This document shows, piece after piece, positions 1 through 9,432 of a stretch of DNA of 55,403 nt. The notes beneath the pieces were generated by a model. It did not search any database. It saw nothing but the letters and a program-made list of their open reading frames with translations, and had not been told where the DNA came from. This DNA is from an uncultured Candidatus Actinomarina sp. (GTDB lineage Bacteria > Actinomycetota > Acidimicrobiia > Actinomarinales > Actinomarinaceae). Where the stretch lies: NCBI GenBank assembly GCA_902627635.1, contig CACOKA010000002.1:1-55403 (forward strand), written 5' to 3'. Both the position numbers and the translations under genes were made by a program. The stretch's first letter is position 1. Each line of letters begins with the position of its first letter.

Positions 1-606
1 ACAGATTGTAAGAAGTTTGTTTTTAGCTCTTCTGGGGGAACAATATTCGGTGAACCTAATATAATTCCAACTTCTGAAGAAGACTTTGCAGGTGAGCCAG
101 TTTCTCCTTATGGTGTTGCAAAAAAAAAGCTTAATGATTTTATAAAGTTGATGTTAAAAAATGAAAAAATTTCATACTCAATTTTGAATTTATCAAATGT
201 TTATGGTCCACGTCAAGATCCTCATGGTGAAGCAGGAGTAATGTCAATATTTACGGGAAAAATGCTGAATAATGAAAAACCTATAATTTATGGTGATGGA
301 AACCAAACAAGAGACTATGTATACGTAGCGGATGTTGTGAATGCATTAATTAAATCATCTGAAAATGATAATGATCTATTTTTAAATATAGGTACTGGTA
401 TAGAAACATCTGTTAATGAGTTGGTGTCATTAATCGCATTAAAAACTTCATGGCAAGGAGAGCCTGATTACAAACCTCAAAGAGACGGAGAATTGCTGAG
501 GAGTGTTTTAAACAACAACAAGGCAAAGAAAACTTTGGATTGGGAACCAGAATACAATTTAAATAAAGGTATTGAAGAATTAGTAGATTGGTTTAGGAAT
601 TCATAA
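1..606 (+). CDS. NAD-dependent epimerase/dehydratase (UDP-glucose 4-epimerase-like), 5'-partial
   Basis: Frame 1 is open from nt 1 (TDCKKFVFSSSGGTIFGEP...SPYGVAKK), upstream of the listed ATG at 148. It has the SDR-type YxxxK (YGVAKK) and a GalE-like C-terminal region (YGDGNQTRDYVYVADV). Confidence 0.8.
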   Translation, partial: TDCKKFVFSSSGGTIFGEPNIIPTSEEDFAGEPVSPYGVAKKKLNDFIKLMLKNEKISYSILNLSNVYGPRQDPHGEAGVMSIFTGKMLNNEKPIIYGDGNQTRDYVYVADVVNALIKSSENDNDLFLNIGTGIETSVNELVSLIALKTSWQGEPDYKPQRDGELLRSVLNNNKAKKTLDWEPEYNLNKGIEELVDWFRNS

Positions 607-613
607 TAAATTT

Positions 614-1321
614 TTAAAGAAAAAAATCTTCATCTTCTTTTCTAATCAACTCTCCAACTCCTAAAGCAGAAGATTTATAATTAACACCTCTTAAGACTGC
701 TACAGGAATATTATCACTTTTTTTCATAACTAATTCAGCAGCTCCAGCTAATTCATCAATAATTGCAATTTCAGTCGCAAAAAGTTCATTATCGAAAGAG
801 TCTCTTTCACCGACATAACTTTCCAATGGTTCTATTCCAGATGAACCTATAGCAACATTAGTTTGACCCTTTCTCCATGCTCTTCCAAAAGTATCGGATA
901 TGATCACGCTGACTTTTTTATTTGAGTTGTATTCAATTTTCTTTTGTATATTTCTAGCTGTCTTATCTGGATCCTCAGGCAATAACAAAACCGAACCTTT
1001 TTTGATATTTGACTTATCTATACCTGCATTTGCACAAATAAAACCATGTTTTGTTCTAGCAATTATCGTATCGCCTCTTTTTCTTAAAATTTCTAAAGAC
1101 TCTTTTTGAATTAATTCTTCAATATTTTCCAAATTGTTATCTATCAATCTATTTTCAGCTTTAGATACTATTTTTTGGGTTACAACAATTACATCATTGT
1201 TTTCAAGAATAATTTTGTTGGTTTCAAATCCTTTTATTAATTCATAAGCTAAATCATGCTTAGGTGAAAATTCAGGCAAATTTTTTATTGGAATGATTGT
1301 TATATTATTCATGGTCGACAA
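614..1321 (-). CDS. cofE: Coenzyme F420-0:L-glutamate ligase (CofE domain only, 235 aa)
   Basis: CofE-like motifs (VVVTQKIVSKAE, GFICANAGIDKSN, ISDTFGRAWRKGQTNVAIG, DELAGAAELVMKK). Overlaps the end of cofD by 17 nt. Confidence 0.8.
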   Translation of the reverse strand: MSTMNNITIIPIKNLPEFSPKHDLAYELIKGFETNKIILENNDVIVVTQKIVSKAENRLIDNNLENIEELIQKESLEILRKRGDTIIARTKHGFICANAGIDKSNIKKGSVLLLPEDPDKTARNIQKKIEYNSNKKVSVIISDTFGRAWRKGQTNVAIGSSGIEPLESYVGERDSFDNELFATEIAIIDELAGAAELVMKKSDNIPVAVLRGVNYKSSALGVGELIRKEDEDFFL

Positions 1322-2201
1322 TATATCTAGCTAAGCTAATTGAGTCTGCTACAGATTTAAATAATATATTTTTTTCAATAGTATTTTCAGCATCATCTGA
1401 ATCACCATTATGCACTATGTAGAAATTTCCAACATTATCATAAAATTTTTTAATGCCAGTTATGTCACTTTTATAACCGAGGTCTTCAAAATTTTTCTTG
1501 GATGGACCCTTTATTGCTTTATCTTTTATAAATGGTGAAACAATATACGTTGCTTCATCATTAATTAATTTTTCCTTTAAGTTCTTTAGTGAAAGAATTG
1601 GTCCGATAGACAGTATAGGATTTGAAGGGCCAATTACTATTTTCTCAGCTTCCTCAATTGCTTTAGAAACTTCAGTAGTTATATCTGCATCTTCAGAGTT
1701 TAAGTAAATAACGTCATTTAAATTTGGTTCAGATTTTAATTCAACAAAATATTCTTGAAAGTCTAATAATTTATCGTTAGAAGTTTTTAATTTTGTACTT
1801 ACTGAATTATCTGACATGGGTAATATTTTGCAACGCAAACCTAATTTATCAGAAATTATCTTTGTTATTTGAGTAAGTGATTTACCCTCCGAAAATAATT
1901 GATTTCTAAAAAGATTTAAGGCAAGATCTTTATCACCAATACTGAATTCCTGTGGCAAATATTTTTTATATTCTTTGCTTACAACAAAAGTATCATTTTT
2001 TTGGCCCCATCCAAACTCACCCTCTATATCAGCCAAAGCATACATTACTGAATCTATATCTGGTGATAACCTTACTCCTTGAATCGTCTCATCATCACCT
2101 GTGTTTACAATAATCGTTAGATCAATATCATTTAGTCTGTAAAAACCTTTAGCAAGTTTAGCTCCACCAATTCCACCCGACAAATACACAATTTTTTTCA
2201 T
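1305..2201 (-). CDS. cofD: 2-phospho-L-lactate transferase (F420 biosynthesis)
   Basis: N-terminal LSGGIGGAKLAKGF glycine-rich motif, CofD-like length (298 aa), adjacent to cofE. Confidence 0.85.
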   Translation of the reverse strand: MKKIVYLSGGIGGAKLAKGFYRLNDIDLTIIVNTGDDETIQGVRLSPDIDSVMYALADIEGEFGWGQKNDTFVVSKEYKKYLPQEFSIGDKDLALNLFRNQLFSEGKSLTQITKIISDKLGLRCKILPMSDNSVSTKLKTSNDKLLDFQEYFVELKSEPNLNDVIYLNSEDADITTEVSKAIEEAEKIVIGPSNPILSIGPILSLKNLKEKLINDEATYIVSPFIKDKAIKGPSKKNFEDLGYKSDITGIKKFYDNVGNFYIVHNGDSDDAENTIEKNILFKSVADSISLARYIVDHE

Positions 2202-2241
2202 ACTTAATTACTCTTACCAATATTCCATTAACATTTTAATA

Positions 2242-2496
2242 ATGGTAGATAGGGAAATTCTAGAAGCAATATCTGAATTAGGTGAATCAGATTTAAAAAG
2301 ATTACGTATCCTAATCGATAATAAACTTGGTCCTACAAGTGTTGAACAAAAAATATCTTACAGGCAAAAGTCAATCAAATGTGGAAGAGAATCTTGTAAT
2401 AGTTGCCCTCACGGTCCTTATTGGTATGCTGAGTGGTCAGAAAATGGTAAAAGAATTACTAAATATCTTGGAAAGATCTTAAATGAACTCAGTTAG
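2242..2496 (+). CDS. Small zinc-ribbon-like protein of unknown function
   Basis: 84 aa with CGRESCNSCPHGPYWYAEWSENGKRITKYLG. This Cys cluster followed by HGPYWY resembles, from memory, an uncharacterised DUF family. Overlaps the downstream gene by 14 nt. Confidence 0.5.
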   Translation: MVDREILEAISELGESDLKRLRILIDNKLGPTSVEQKISYRQKSIKCGRESCNSCPHGPYWYAEWSENGKRITKYLGKILNELS

Positions 2497-4681
2497 TAAA
2501 AATTTAAATTCAAATATTACTTATAAGTTATTTTATTTTCTTGTTTTAGTTCTTTTTCTAAGAGTTGATTTAGTCTTTGAAAATAACACACCTACAGGTG
2601 GTGACATGGGAGCCCACATAGTTGCAATTAATACATTTATTAAAGACTTTATGCCGAATTTTCAAATCAATGGTTGGTCTAACGATTGGTTTAGTGGATA
2701 TCCTTTATACTATTTTTATTTTCCTCTACCAGCGATAATCACTTTTTTCTTTAATCTCATATTTCCTTTTGGAGTTGCTTTCAAAATTATGGTCGTCATG
2801 TCTATGATTTTAGTTGTTTACTCTATAGAAAAACTGATGAGGATTACACCTAATCAAATTTCTATCTTTGGTGCCACAGCTGGATTATTTTATGTTTTTA
2901 CTGAATCGTTTACTATCTATGGTGGAAATCTAGCATCTACATTGGCTGGGCAGTTTTCTTTTGCTTATTCATTAGCATTTGCAAATTTATCTATTTTTTA
3001 TTTGATAAAATCAAACAATAATTTTAGATTTCCAATTAGTTCAACTTTTCTTGCTCTATGCTTACTGTCACATCTAATCCCTTTTATTATTTACTCTCCG
3101 GTATATGCTTTTTATTGGCTATCAAAAAAACAAAATTTGAATCAAAGAGTACTATCTATTTCCATTTTTTTAGCACTTGTTTCAAGATGGTCTATTTCAT
3201 TGTTGGTGAATTTAGAATACACGACAAACATGAGCTACACTCCATTTTCAAAATTAGAAGATTTAATCAAAGAAGATATTTTACCCATGGTCTTCATTTT
3301 GATAAGTTTATTGGTAGTAAAGCATAAAAATTTAATCAAAAACAAAACTTATAACATATTTGATCTTTATATAGTTTCCTCATCTGTCCTTCTTTATTTT
3401 TTTGTTCCAGAGGGTGCTCTTTGGAATGGAAGATTGATACCATTTTTCAATCTCGGGGTTGTTTTTTTATTTTTCAAAGCCATAGAAACTTTTATTAAGG
3501 ACATAGATCTTTTCCAACATGGAGTTAGTGTGCTTACCATTCCTTTTTTAGGTGGAACAATATATTGCCTGTATATTTTTTATGAAAAATGGTCAGATAA
3601 TCAATCTTATTTAAATCTTTACATACCCATAATTTTGTTAATAATGATTTTTGCAATTTTAAATTTTAATAATGTTGTAATACAACTTAATATGCTGATT
3701 GTTTCTATTATCTTCTCTACTGTATCATTTTTGCCACATTGGTTAAATTGGAATTTTACAGGTTATGAGGGAAAGAATGACTGGAATCAAATTCAAAGAT
3801 TATATTCTAAATTAGATAATTTAAAACCTGGAAGAATTATGTGGGAACCAAATTCTGATATGAATAAATATGGTACTCCAATGACACTGATGACGATTCC
3901 ATATTTTACAAAACACACAAGCATGGAAGGTCTATATTTTGATTCAAGTATAACAACCCCGTTTCATTTTATATCCGTATCTGGTTTGGCAAAGAGACCA
4001 TCGAATCCTGTAGGTGGCCTTTCGTATATAAATAACCAATTTGATAAAGGAGTAGATTATCTTTATGACCTAGGTATAGATTATTTTATTTCTTATACAG
4101 AAGAAATTGAAAGTAAAGCAATGAATTCTGACAGACTAACTTATCTTTTTTCAACTGACCCGTTTTCTGTATTTCAAGTGAACTCCTCCAAAGTAGAATT
4201 AATTAATCAAGATATTGAAGTTTTCTCAAAAGTAAATAAACAACAAGGGATTTTAAGCTCAGTTTTTAGGGACACTAATATAATTAATTTTTTTGAAAAA
4301 GCTTATGAAAATTTTAGTGAACTTGATGAAAGAAGGGTTATTGAAACAAGCAATAACATATTGATTCAGCCTTCATATAAGAATGATTTAGAAGTTACAG
4401 GACTAAAAATTACAAATAAGAAAATTTCGTTTTTTACTAACAATCCAGGTGAATTACATTTAATTAAGATTTCCTATTTTCCAAATTGGTCTATCTCAAA
4501 CGGTCTAGGACCGTTTAGGACATCACCATCTTTTATGTCAGTTATACCTAATCAAGAATATGTAGAGATTAATTTTCAAAAAACTGCTCTGGAAAATAAT
4601 AGCTTCTATTTTTCAATATTCTCATTACTCTTATCATTAATAATTTTTATTAGATCTATTAGAAATGTTAGAAAAATTTAG
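2483..4681 (+). CDS. Large polytopic membrane protein, possibly a GT-C-type glycosyltransferase
   Basis: 732 aa. About 12 or more hydrophobic segments in the N-terminal ~430 aa, then a ~270-aa soluble domain and a terminal TM. Sits beside GtrA-like, GT2 and mannose-activation genes. The function is inferred from context. Confidence 0.55.
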   Translation: MNSVSKNLNSNITYKLFYFLVLVLFLRVDLVFENNTPTGGDMGAHIVAINTFIKDFMPNFQINGWSNDWFSGYPLYYFYFPLPAIITFFFNLIFPFGVAFKIMVVMSMILVVYSIEKLMRITPNQISIFGATAGLFYVFTESFTIYGGNLASTLAGQFSFAYSLAFANLSIFYLIKSNNNFRFPISSTFLALCLLSHLIPFIIYSPVYAFYWLSKKQNLNQRVLSISIFLALVSRWSISLLVNLEYTTNMSYTPFSKLEDLIKEDILPMVFILISLLVVKHKNLIKNKTYNIFDLYIVSSSVLLYFFVPEGALWNGRLIPFFNLGVVFLFFKAIETFIKDIDLFQHGVSVLTIPFLGGTIYCLYIFYEKWSDNQSYLNLYIPIILLIMIFAILNFNNVVIQLNMLIVSIIFSTVSFLPHWLNWNFTGYEGKNDWNQIQRLYSKLDNLKPGRIMWEPNSDMNKYGTPMTLMTIPYFTKHTSMEGLYFDSSITTPFHFISVSGLAKRPSNPVGGLSYINNQFDKGVDYLYDLGIDYFISYTEEIESKAMNSDRLTYLFSTDPFSVFQVNSSKVELINQDIEVFSKVNKQQGILSSVFRDTNIINFFEKAYENFSELDERRVIETSNNILIQPSYKNDLEVTGLKITNKKISFFTNNPGELHLIKISYFPNWSISNGLGPFRTSPSFMSVIPNQEYVEINFQKTALENNSFYFSIFSLLLSLIIFIRSIRNVRKI

Positions 4682-5135
4682 AAATTTAAAATTGTTCGAA
4701 GGTGATTCAGCCTACTCACAATTATTTAGAACGTATATTGTTGGTGCATTTAATTTAGTTTTTGGTCTTGGAACAAGCTATATATTTCAATTTTTTGTTT
4801 TTAACTTAATTGAGATACCTCTCAGAACTTATTTAACAAATATTTTTTCTTTTTCAATTGGGGTGATTGTCTCATATTTTCTATCGCGAAGAATTATTTT
4901 TAAGTTGCCCATGAATGAAGGGGGATTTAAAGAGTTTGTAAAATTTTTTATTACAAATTTAATCAATTTAGTTATTCCATTATTTATATGGTATTTAATT
5001 GACTTGATAAGACCATCAATTCAAGACAACGAAGCCGAATTTTTAATGGCAATAATATTGATAAATGGATTTATTCTTCCTATCAAGTATTTAATTTATA
5101 AATTATTTGTATTTAAGGACTCTTTAAATAATTGA
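4665..5135 (+). CDS. GtrA-like small membrane protein
   Basis: 156 aa, four hydrophobic segments, SYFLSRRIIFK motif typical of the GtrA family, adjacent to a GT2 enzyme. Confidence 0.65.
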   Translation: MLEKFRNLKLFEGDSAYSQLFRTYIVGAFNLVFGLGTSYIFQFFVFNLIEIPLRTYLTNIFSFSIGVIVSYFLSRRIIFKLPMNEGGFKEFVKFFITNLINLVIPLFIWYLIDLIRPSIQDNEAEFLMAIILINGFILPIKYLIYKLFVFKDSLNN

Positions 5136-5836
5136 AATCTCAATTTAAATAAACTTTTTAGTGTCCTTGGTATTCTTGTAAAAATAACTGACACACTAGG
5201 TCTTATTTCATTTACTTTTGCAGGTACTTCAGAAATCTTGAATCCTGATCTCTCTATTCTAATTAAAAGTTCAGTATCAAAAATATCCTGAGTTGATATC
5301 ACGTTATTGATTTCTTTTTCAATGTTATCTCTTCTAATAGCTTTCATTCCATGTGTATCACTTAGAGAGGTTCTAAATAAAATTTTTATAATAAATACAA
5401 AAACTGATGTTGCCATTTTTCTAATAAGCGTTCTTTCATCCTCGGATTCGCTTAGCCTTTTTGATGCAACAAGAGCTACGAAATTTTCATTTAGTTGCAA
5501 TGCTTGCAAAAGAAATTTTTTAGAAAAATAATCGATATCAAATGAAATTACAATATCATTTTTGACACTCTCGAATCCATTTTTTAATGCAAGCCCATAA
5601 TTTGCAAAATTGTTATTTATCATAAAACAATTGTCTTTACCCCTTATGAATGTTTCAATGAGTTTTACTGTGTTGTCTGTTGAGCCGTTTTCGGAAAAAA
5701 TAATTTCAAATGGCTTATTCATTTCTAGACAAATTTTGTAAATCTTATTTGCGGATTCTAAAAAGACTTCTTCCTCATTGAATACTGGTATTACAACTGA
5801 AAAATTATTAATCATGTTGTTCATTTTCATAAACAT
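5096..5836 (-). CDS. Family 2 glycosyltransferase (polyprenol-phosphate sugar synthase-like)
   Basis: FSVVIPVFNEEE N-terminal GT2 motif, internal DxD-like FDIDYF, ~245 aa as in Ppm/DPM-like enzymes. Confidence 0.8.
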   Translation of the reverse strand: MFMKMNNMINNFSVVIPVFNEEEVFLESANKIYKICLEMNKPFEIIFSENGSTDNTVKLIETFIRGKDNCFMINNNFANYGLALKNGFESVKNDIVISFDIDYFSKKFLLQALQLNENFVALVASKRLSESEDERTLIRKMATSVFVFIIKILFRTSLSDTHGMKAIRRDNIEKEINNVISTQDIFDTELLIRIERSGFKISEVPAKVNEIRPSVSVIFTRIPRTLKSLFKLRFQLFKESLNTNNL

Positions 5837-5851
5837 TACAATACATATGGA

Positions 5852-7192
5852 GTGGATGAAAATAAACTAAATTTAATTTTTAAGGCTTACGATGTTAGGG
5901 GGCTTTTTAATGAAACAATTACACCTGAAATAGGTTTTAAAATTGGGGCAGCTTTTGCTACATATGTAGATTCAAACGAAATAATTGTTGGACATGATGG
6001 TCGAATCTCAAATAATGAAATGTTTGCTGCAGTAAGTTCAGGAATACAAACTATCAATAAAAAAGTTTTGTATGTTGGTATGGTTCCTACAGATGTTGTT
6101 TATACATTGTCAGGAATTAAGAATTTACCTGGTCTAATTATTACAGCTTCTCACAATCCTAGTGAGTACACAGGTATGAAATTTTGTAATGCTGGAGCAG
6201 TAGCGATTGGTCAAGAAACAGGATTAAGAGAAATACAACAAATAGCTGAAAATTTCAATGGTAATTTTGTCATTTCAGATCTACCAGAAAAGCAGACAAT
6301 GAATCAAATCTATTTAGAACATTTTAAAAAGATAGTAGATCCAAAAGACCTAAGTGAAGAAGTAAAATTTTCTATTGATGCTGGAAACGGTGTACTTGGT
6401 GCAATTATTGAAGACCTATCTGATGCTTTTAATTTAAATTTTGTGGGTCTTTATATGAATGTAGATGGTAGTTTCCCCAATCACCCAGCAGACCCCTCTG
6501 ATGAAAACAATCTTTCAGATCTAAAGGATAAAGTAATATCAGAGAACCTCGATTTTGGAGTTGCTTTTGACGGAGATGCAGATAGGTCTGTATTTATTGA
6601 TGATAAAGGCAATCTTATAAGTGGAAGTTTGATGACGTGTTTGATCTCCGATTGGTTGTTTGAAAAAAAATCAAAAGTAAAGGTAGTTCACAATGTAAAT
6701 GTTCAACCTTCTGTTGTCGAGTATTTAAATAACAAAGGAATAAAAACAATAAGATCAAAGGTTGGTCACTCATATATAAAAAAGATTATGAGGGATGAAG
6801 ATGCTGATTTTGGTGGTGAACATAGTGCTCATTTTTATTTAAGGGAGAATTTTTATGCTGATTCTGGAATATTGACATTGTTAATATTTTTAAAAATCTT
6901 ATCTGAAAAAAATGTGAAAACTTCAGAACTTGTAGAAAATTATGAATTTTATCCTTCATCAGGTGAAATAAATTATGTTGTTGAAGATGTAGAGATAAGT
7001 TTGAAAAAAATCGAAAATTCGTTTGAGGGTCAATTTGATAAATTAGACGGAATATCATATTTTGCTGATGATTTTTGGTTTAACTTAAGAGGATCGAACA
7101 CTGAACCCATGCTTCGATTAAATGCAGAAGCAGTAAATCAAAAAACTTTAGATAGCATCATTGATAAAATTTCAAATATAATAAGTTTATAA
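5852..7192 (+). CDS. manB: Phosphomannomutase/phosphoglucomutase
   Basis: Active-site TASHNPSEYTGMKF, metal-binding FDGDADR, GTG start. Confidence 0.85.
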   Translation: MDENKLNLIFKAYDVRGLFNETITPEIGFKIGAAFATYVDSNEIIVGHDGRISNNEMFAAVSSGIQTINKKVLYVGMVPTDVVYTLSGIKNLPGLIITASHNPSEYTGMKFCNAGAVAIGQETGLREIQQIAENFNGNFVISDLPEKQTMNQIYLEHFKKIVDPKDLSEEVKFSIDAGNGVLGAIIEDLSDAFNLNFVGLYMNVDGSFPNHPADPSDENNLSDLKDKVISENLDFGVAFDGDADRSVFIDDKGNLISGSLMTCLISDWLFEKKSKVKVVHNVNVQPSVVEYLNNKGIKTIRSKVGHSYIKKIMRDEDADFGGEHSAHFYLRENFYADSGILTLLIFLKILSEKNVKTSELVENYEFYPSSGEINYVVEDVEISLKKIENSFEGQFDKLDGISYFADDFWFNLRGSNTEPMLRLNAEAVNQKTLDSIIDKISNIISL

Positions 7193-8188
7193 ATGTTAAA
7201 TATTGCTTTTGACTTAAAAAATCAAATAATATCCGATCTCGAATATTCAAGTAATTTTGAAAATGTTTCATACGAAAGTTTATTAATTATGGGCATGGGC
7301 GGATCAGGTGTTGCCGGTGATGTAATGAAGTTATTATCAAACGAAATATCTGATAAAAACATTTTTGTGCAAAAAGATTATTCAATTCCTAAACAAGTTA
7401 AAAAGTTTAAACCTTTATGTCTATTTATTTCTTATTCTGGCAATACTGAGGAAACCTTATCAGGAATATCAGATGCAAAAACAAACAATTTTGATTGGAT
7501 GGTTATTTCAAGTGGTGGCAAGTTGATTGACATGGCCAAAAATGAAGGTAAAGAATATATTCAAATTCCGAATGGTTTACAACCAAGGGCGGCATTTGGA
7601 TATCTTACACTTGCGGTTTCAAAAATAATTGATGTTGCTGAGGGTTCAAATTATATATCTCAATTAAATGATGTAAGTCTATACATTGATAAATTGTCTG
7701 AAAAGGGTAATGAATCAGATATCAATAAGCTGTCAATCGACATATGTGAAAGTATTAATAAAAAAACTGTAATTCTTTATTCAGGTACCGACATGTCAAG
7801 AGTTGTTTCGTCACGTTGGAAAACACAAATTAATGAGAATGCTAAATCCAAAGCTTTTATTGGTAATTTACCAGAGGTTCATCATAATGAAATTCTCTCC
7901 TGGGATGCAGATAAAGATGGAAGTAAAAAAAACTATATTGTTATTTTCATTAGAGATCAAAATGAACATCCTCAAATTAAAAAAAGATTTGAACTCACTA
8001 AAGATTTAATTGGGGAAAAAGTGAATATTACCGAGGTAAATATAGCCAATCAAGAAAGTACACTAAAAACTCTATTGGAGTTAGTATTACTAGGTGATTT
8101 GGTAAGTTTGAATCTTGCTTCAAAGCTTGCTGTTGATCCTAATAATATAGACATAATTGAAAAGTTGAAAAAATTACTAGGAGGATAA
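7193..8188 (+). CDS. SIS-domain bifunctional phosphoglucose/phosphomannose isomerase-like protein
   Basis: GMGGSGVAGD and SYSGNTEET SIS motifs. Position between manB and ahcY matches actinobacterial synteny. Confidence 0.75.
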   Translation: MLNIAFDLKNQIISDLEYSSNFENVSYESLLIMGMGGSGVAGDVMKLLSNEISDKNIFVQKDYSIPKQVKKFKPLCLFISYSGNTEETLSGISDAKTNNFDWMVISSGGKLIDMAKNEGKEYIQIPNGLQPRAAFGYLTLAVSKIIDVAEGSNYISQLNDVSLYIDKLSEKGNESDINKLSIDICESINKKTVILYSGTDMSRVVSSRWKTQINENAKSKAFIGNLPEVHHNEILSWDADKDGSKKNYIVIFIRDQNEHPQIKKRFELTKDLIGEKVNITEVNIANQESTLKTLLELVLLGDLVSLNLASKLAVDPNNIDIIEKLKKLLGG

Positions 8189-9432
8189 TGTCTACAATAA
8201 AAGATAAAAATTTAGCAACAATTGGTCAACAAGAAGTTGATTGGGCTGCAAGGCAAATGAAAGTCCTTGAGGAAATTAAGACAGAGTTTTCATCCTCTAA
8301 ACCCTTAAATGGTTTGAGTATAGGTGCTTGTATGCATGTTACAAAAGAGACGGCTAATTTAATGCTCACTTTAAAGGCTGCAGGAGCAAATGTTGCCTTA
8401 TGTGCATCTAATCCATTATCAACTAAGGATTCGGTTGCAGCTTATTTATCCGAGAATGATATCGAGGTACATGCTGTGCATGGCGTATCAAATGATCATT
8501 TTTTCAAGCATCTCAATTCTGTATTAGATACCAAACCGGATATAACAATGGATGATGGAGCAGATTTAGTAACACTATTATTAACGGACAGATCTGACAT
8601 TCCAGTTATGGGTTCAATGGAAGAAACTACAACAGGAGTGATAAGACTAAAATCTATGGAAAAAAATAATAAGTTGCGTTTTCCTGTCGTTGCTGTAAAC
8701 GATTCAGAAACGAAACATTTATTTGATAATAGATTTGGAACTGGTCAAAGCGCTATGGATGGTGTTGTTAGAGCAACAGATCTTTTAATTGCTGGTTTGG
8801 ATGTTGTTGTTATCGGTTTTGGAGATTGTGGAAAGGGAGTTGCAGAGAGAGCATATGGAATGGGTGCAAAAGTTACAGTTGTTGAGCCTAATTCTGTCCG
8901 TGCTTTAGAGGCTTTGATGCATGGTTACGAAGTAAAGAGTAGTATAAATGCTTCAAAAATTGCAGATGTAATTGTATCTGTGACAGGCAACATGCATGCA
9001 TTAGACAAACAGCATTTTGATGTAATGAAAGATGGGGTAGTTTTAGCTAACGCAGGGCATTTTGATGTGGAAATTAATTTAGAAGCATTGAAACAAGAAA
9101 GTGCTGAGGTCCATAGAGTTAGGGACCACGTAGAAAGTTATTTATATGATGGAAAAGAAATATTAGTACTTGCTGAAGGAAGGCTTGTTAATTTAGCTGC
9201 AGCATCTGGGCATCCAGCATCTGTAATGGATATGTCATTTGCTAACCAGGCATTAGCTGCTGAATGGATTAAAGAAAATCATGAAGAATTAGAACCTAAG
9301 GTTTACACTCTTCCAAACGAAGTTGATTTAAAAATTGCAGCTACAAAATTAGGACTCATGGGTGGAGAGTTAGAAATACTTACCAAAGAGCAAATTGATT
9401 ATCTTGACTCTTGGGAGCATGGCACAAGCTAA
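8188..9432 (+). CDS. ahcY: Adenosylhomocysteinase
   Basis: Short-type AhcY, 414 aa. NAD-binding GFGDCGKGVA, and EGRLVNLAAASGHP. Confidence 0.9.
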   Translation: MSTIKDKNLATIGQQEVDWAARQMKVLEEIKTEFSSSKPLNGLSIGACMHVTKETANLMLTLKAAGANVALCASNPLSTKDSVAAYLSENDIEVHAVHGVSNDHFFKHLNSVLDTKPDITMDDGADLVTLLLTDRSDIPVMGSMEETTTGVIRLKSMEKNNKLRFPVVAVNDSETKHLFDNRFGTGQSAMDGVVRATDLLIAGLDVVVIGFGDCGKGVAERAYGMGAKVTVVEPNSVRALEALMHGYEVKSSINASKIADVIVSVTGNMHALDKQHFDVMKDGVVLANAGHFDVEINLEALKQESAEVHRVRDHVESYLYDGKEILVLAEGRLVNLAAASGHPASVMDMSFANQALAAEWIKENHEELEPKVYTLPNEVDLKIAATKLGLMGGELEILTKEQIDYLDSWEHGTS

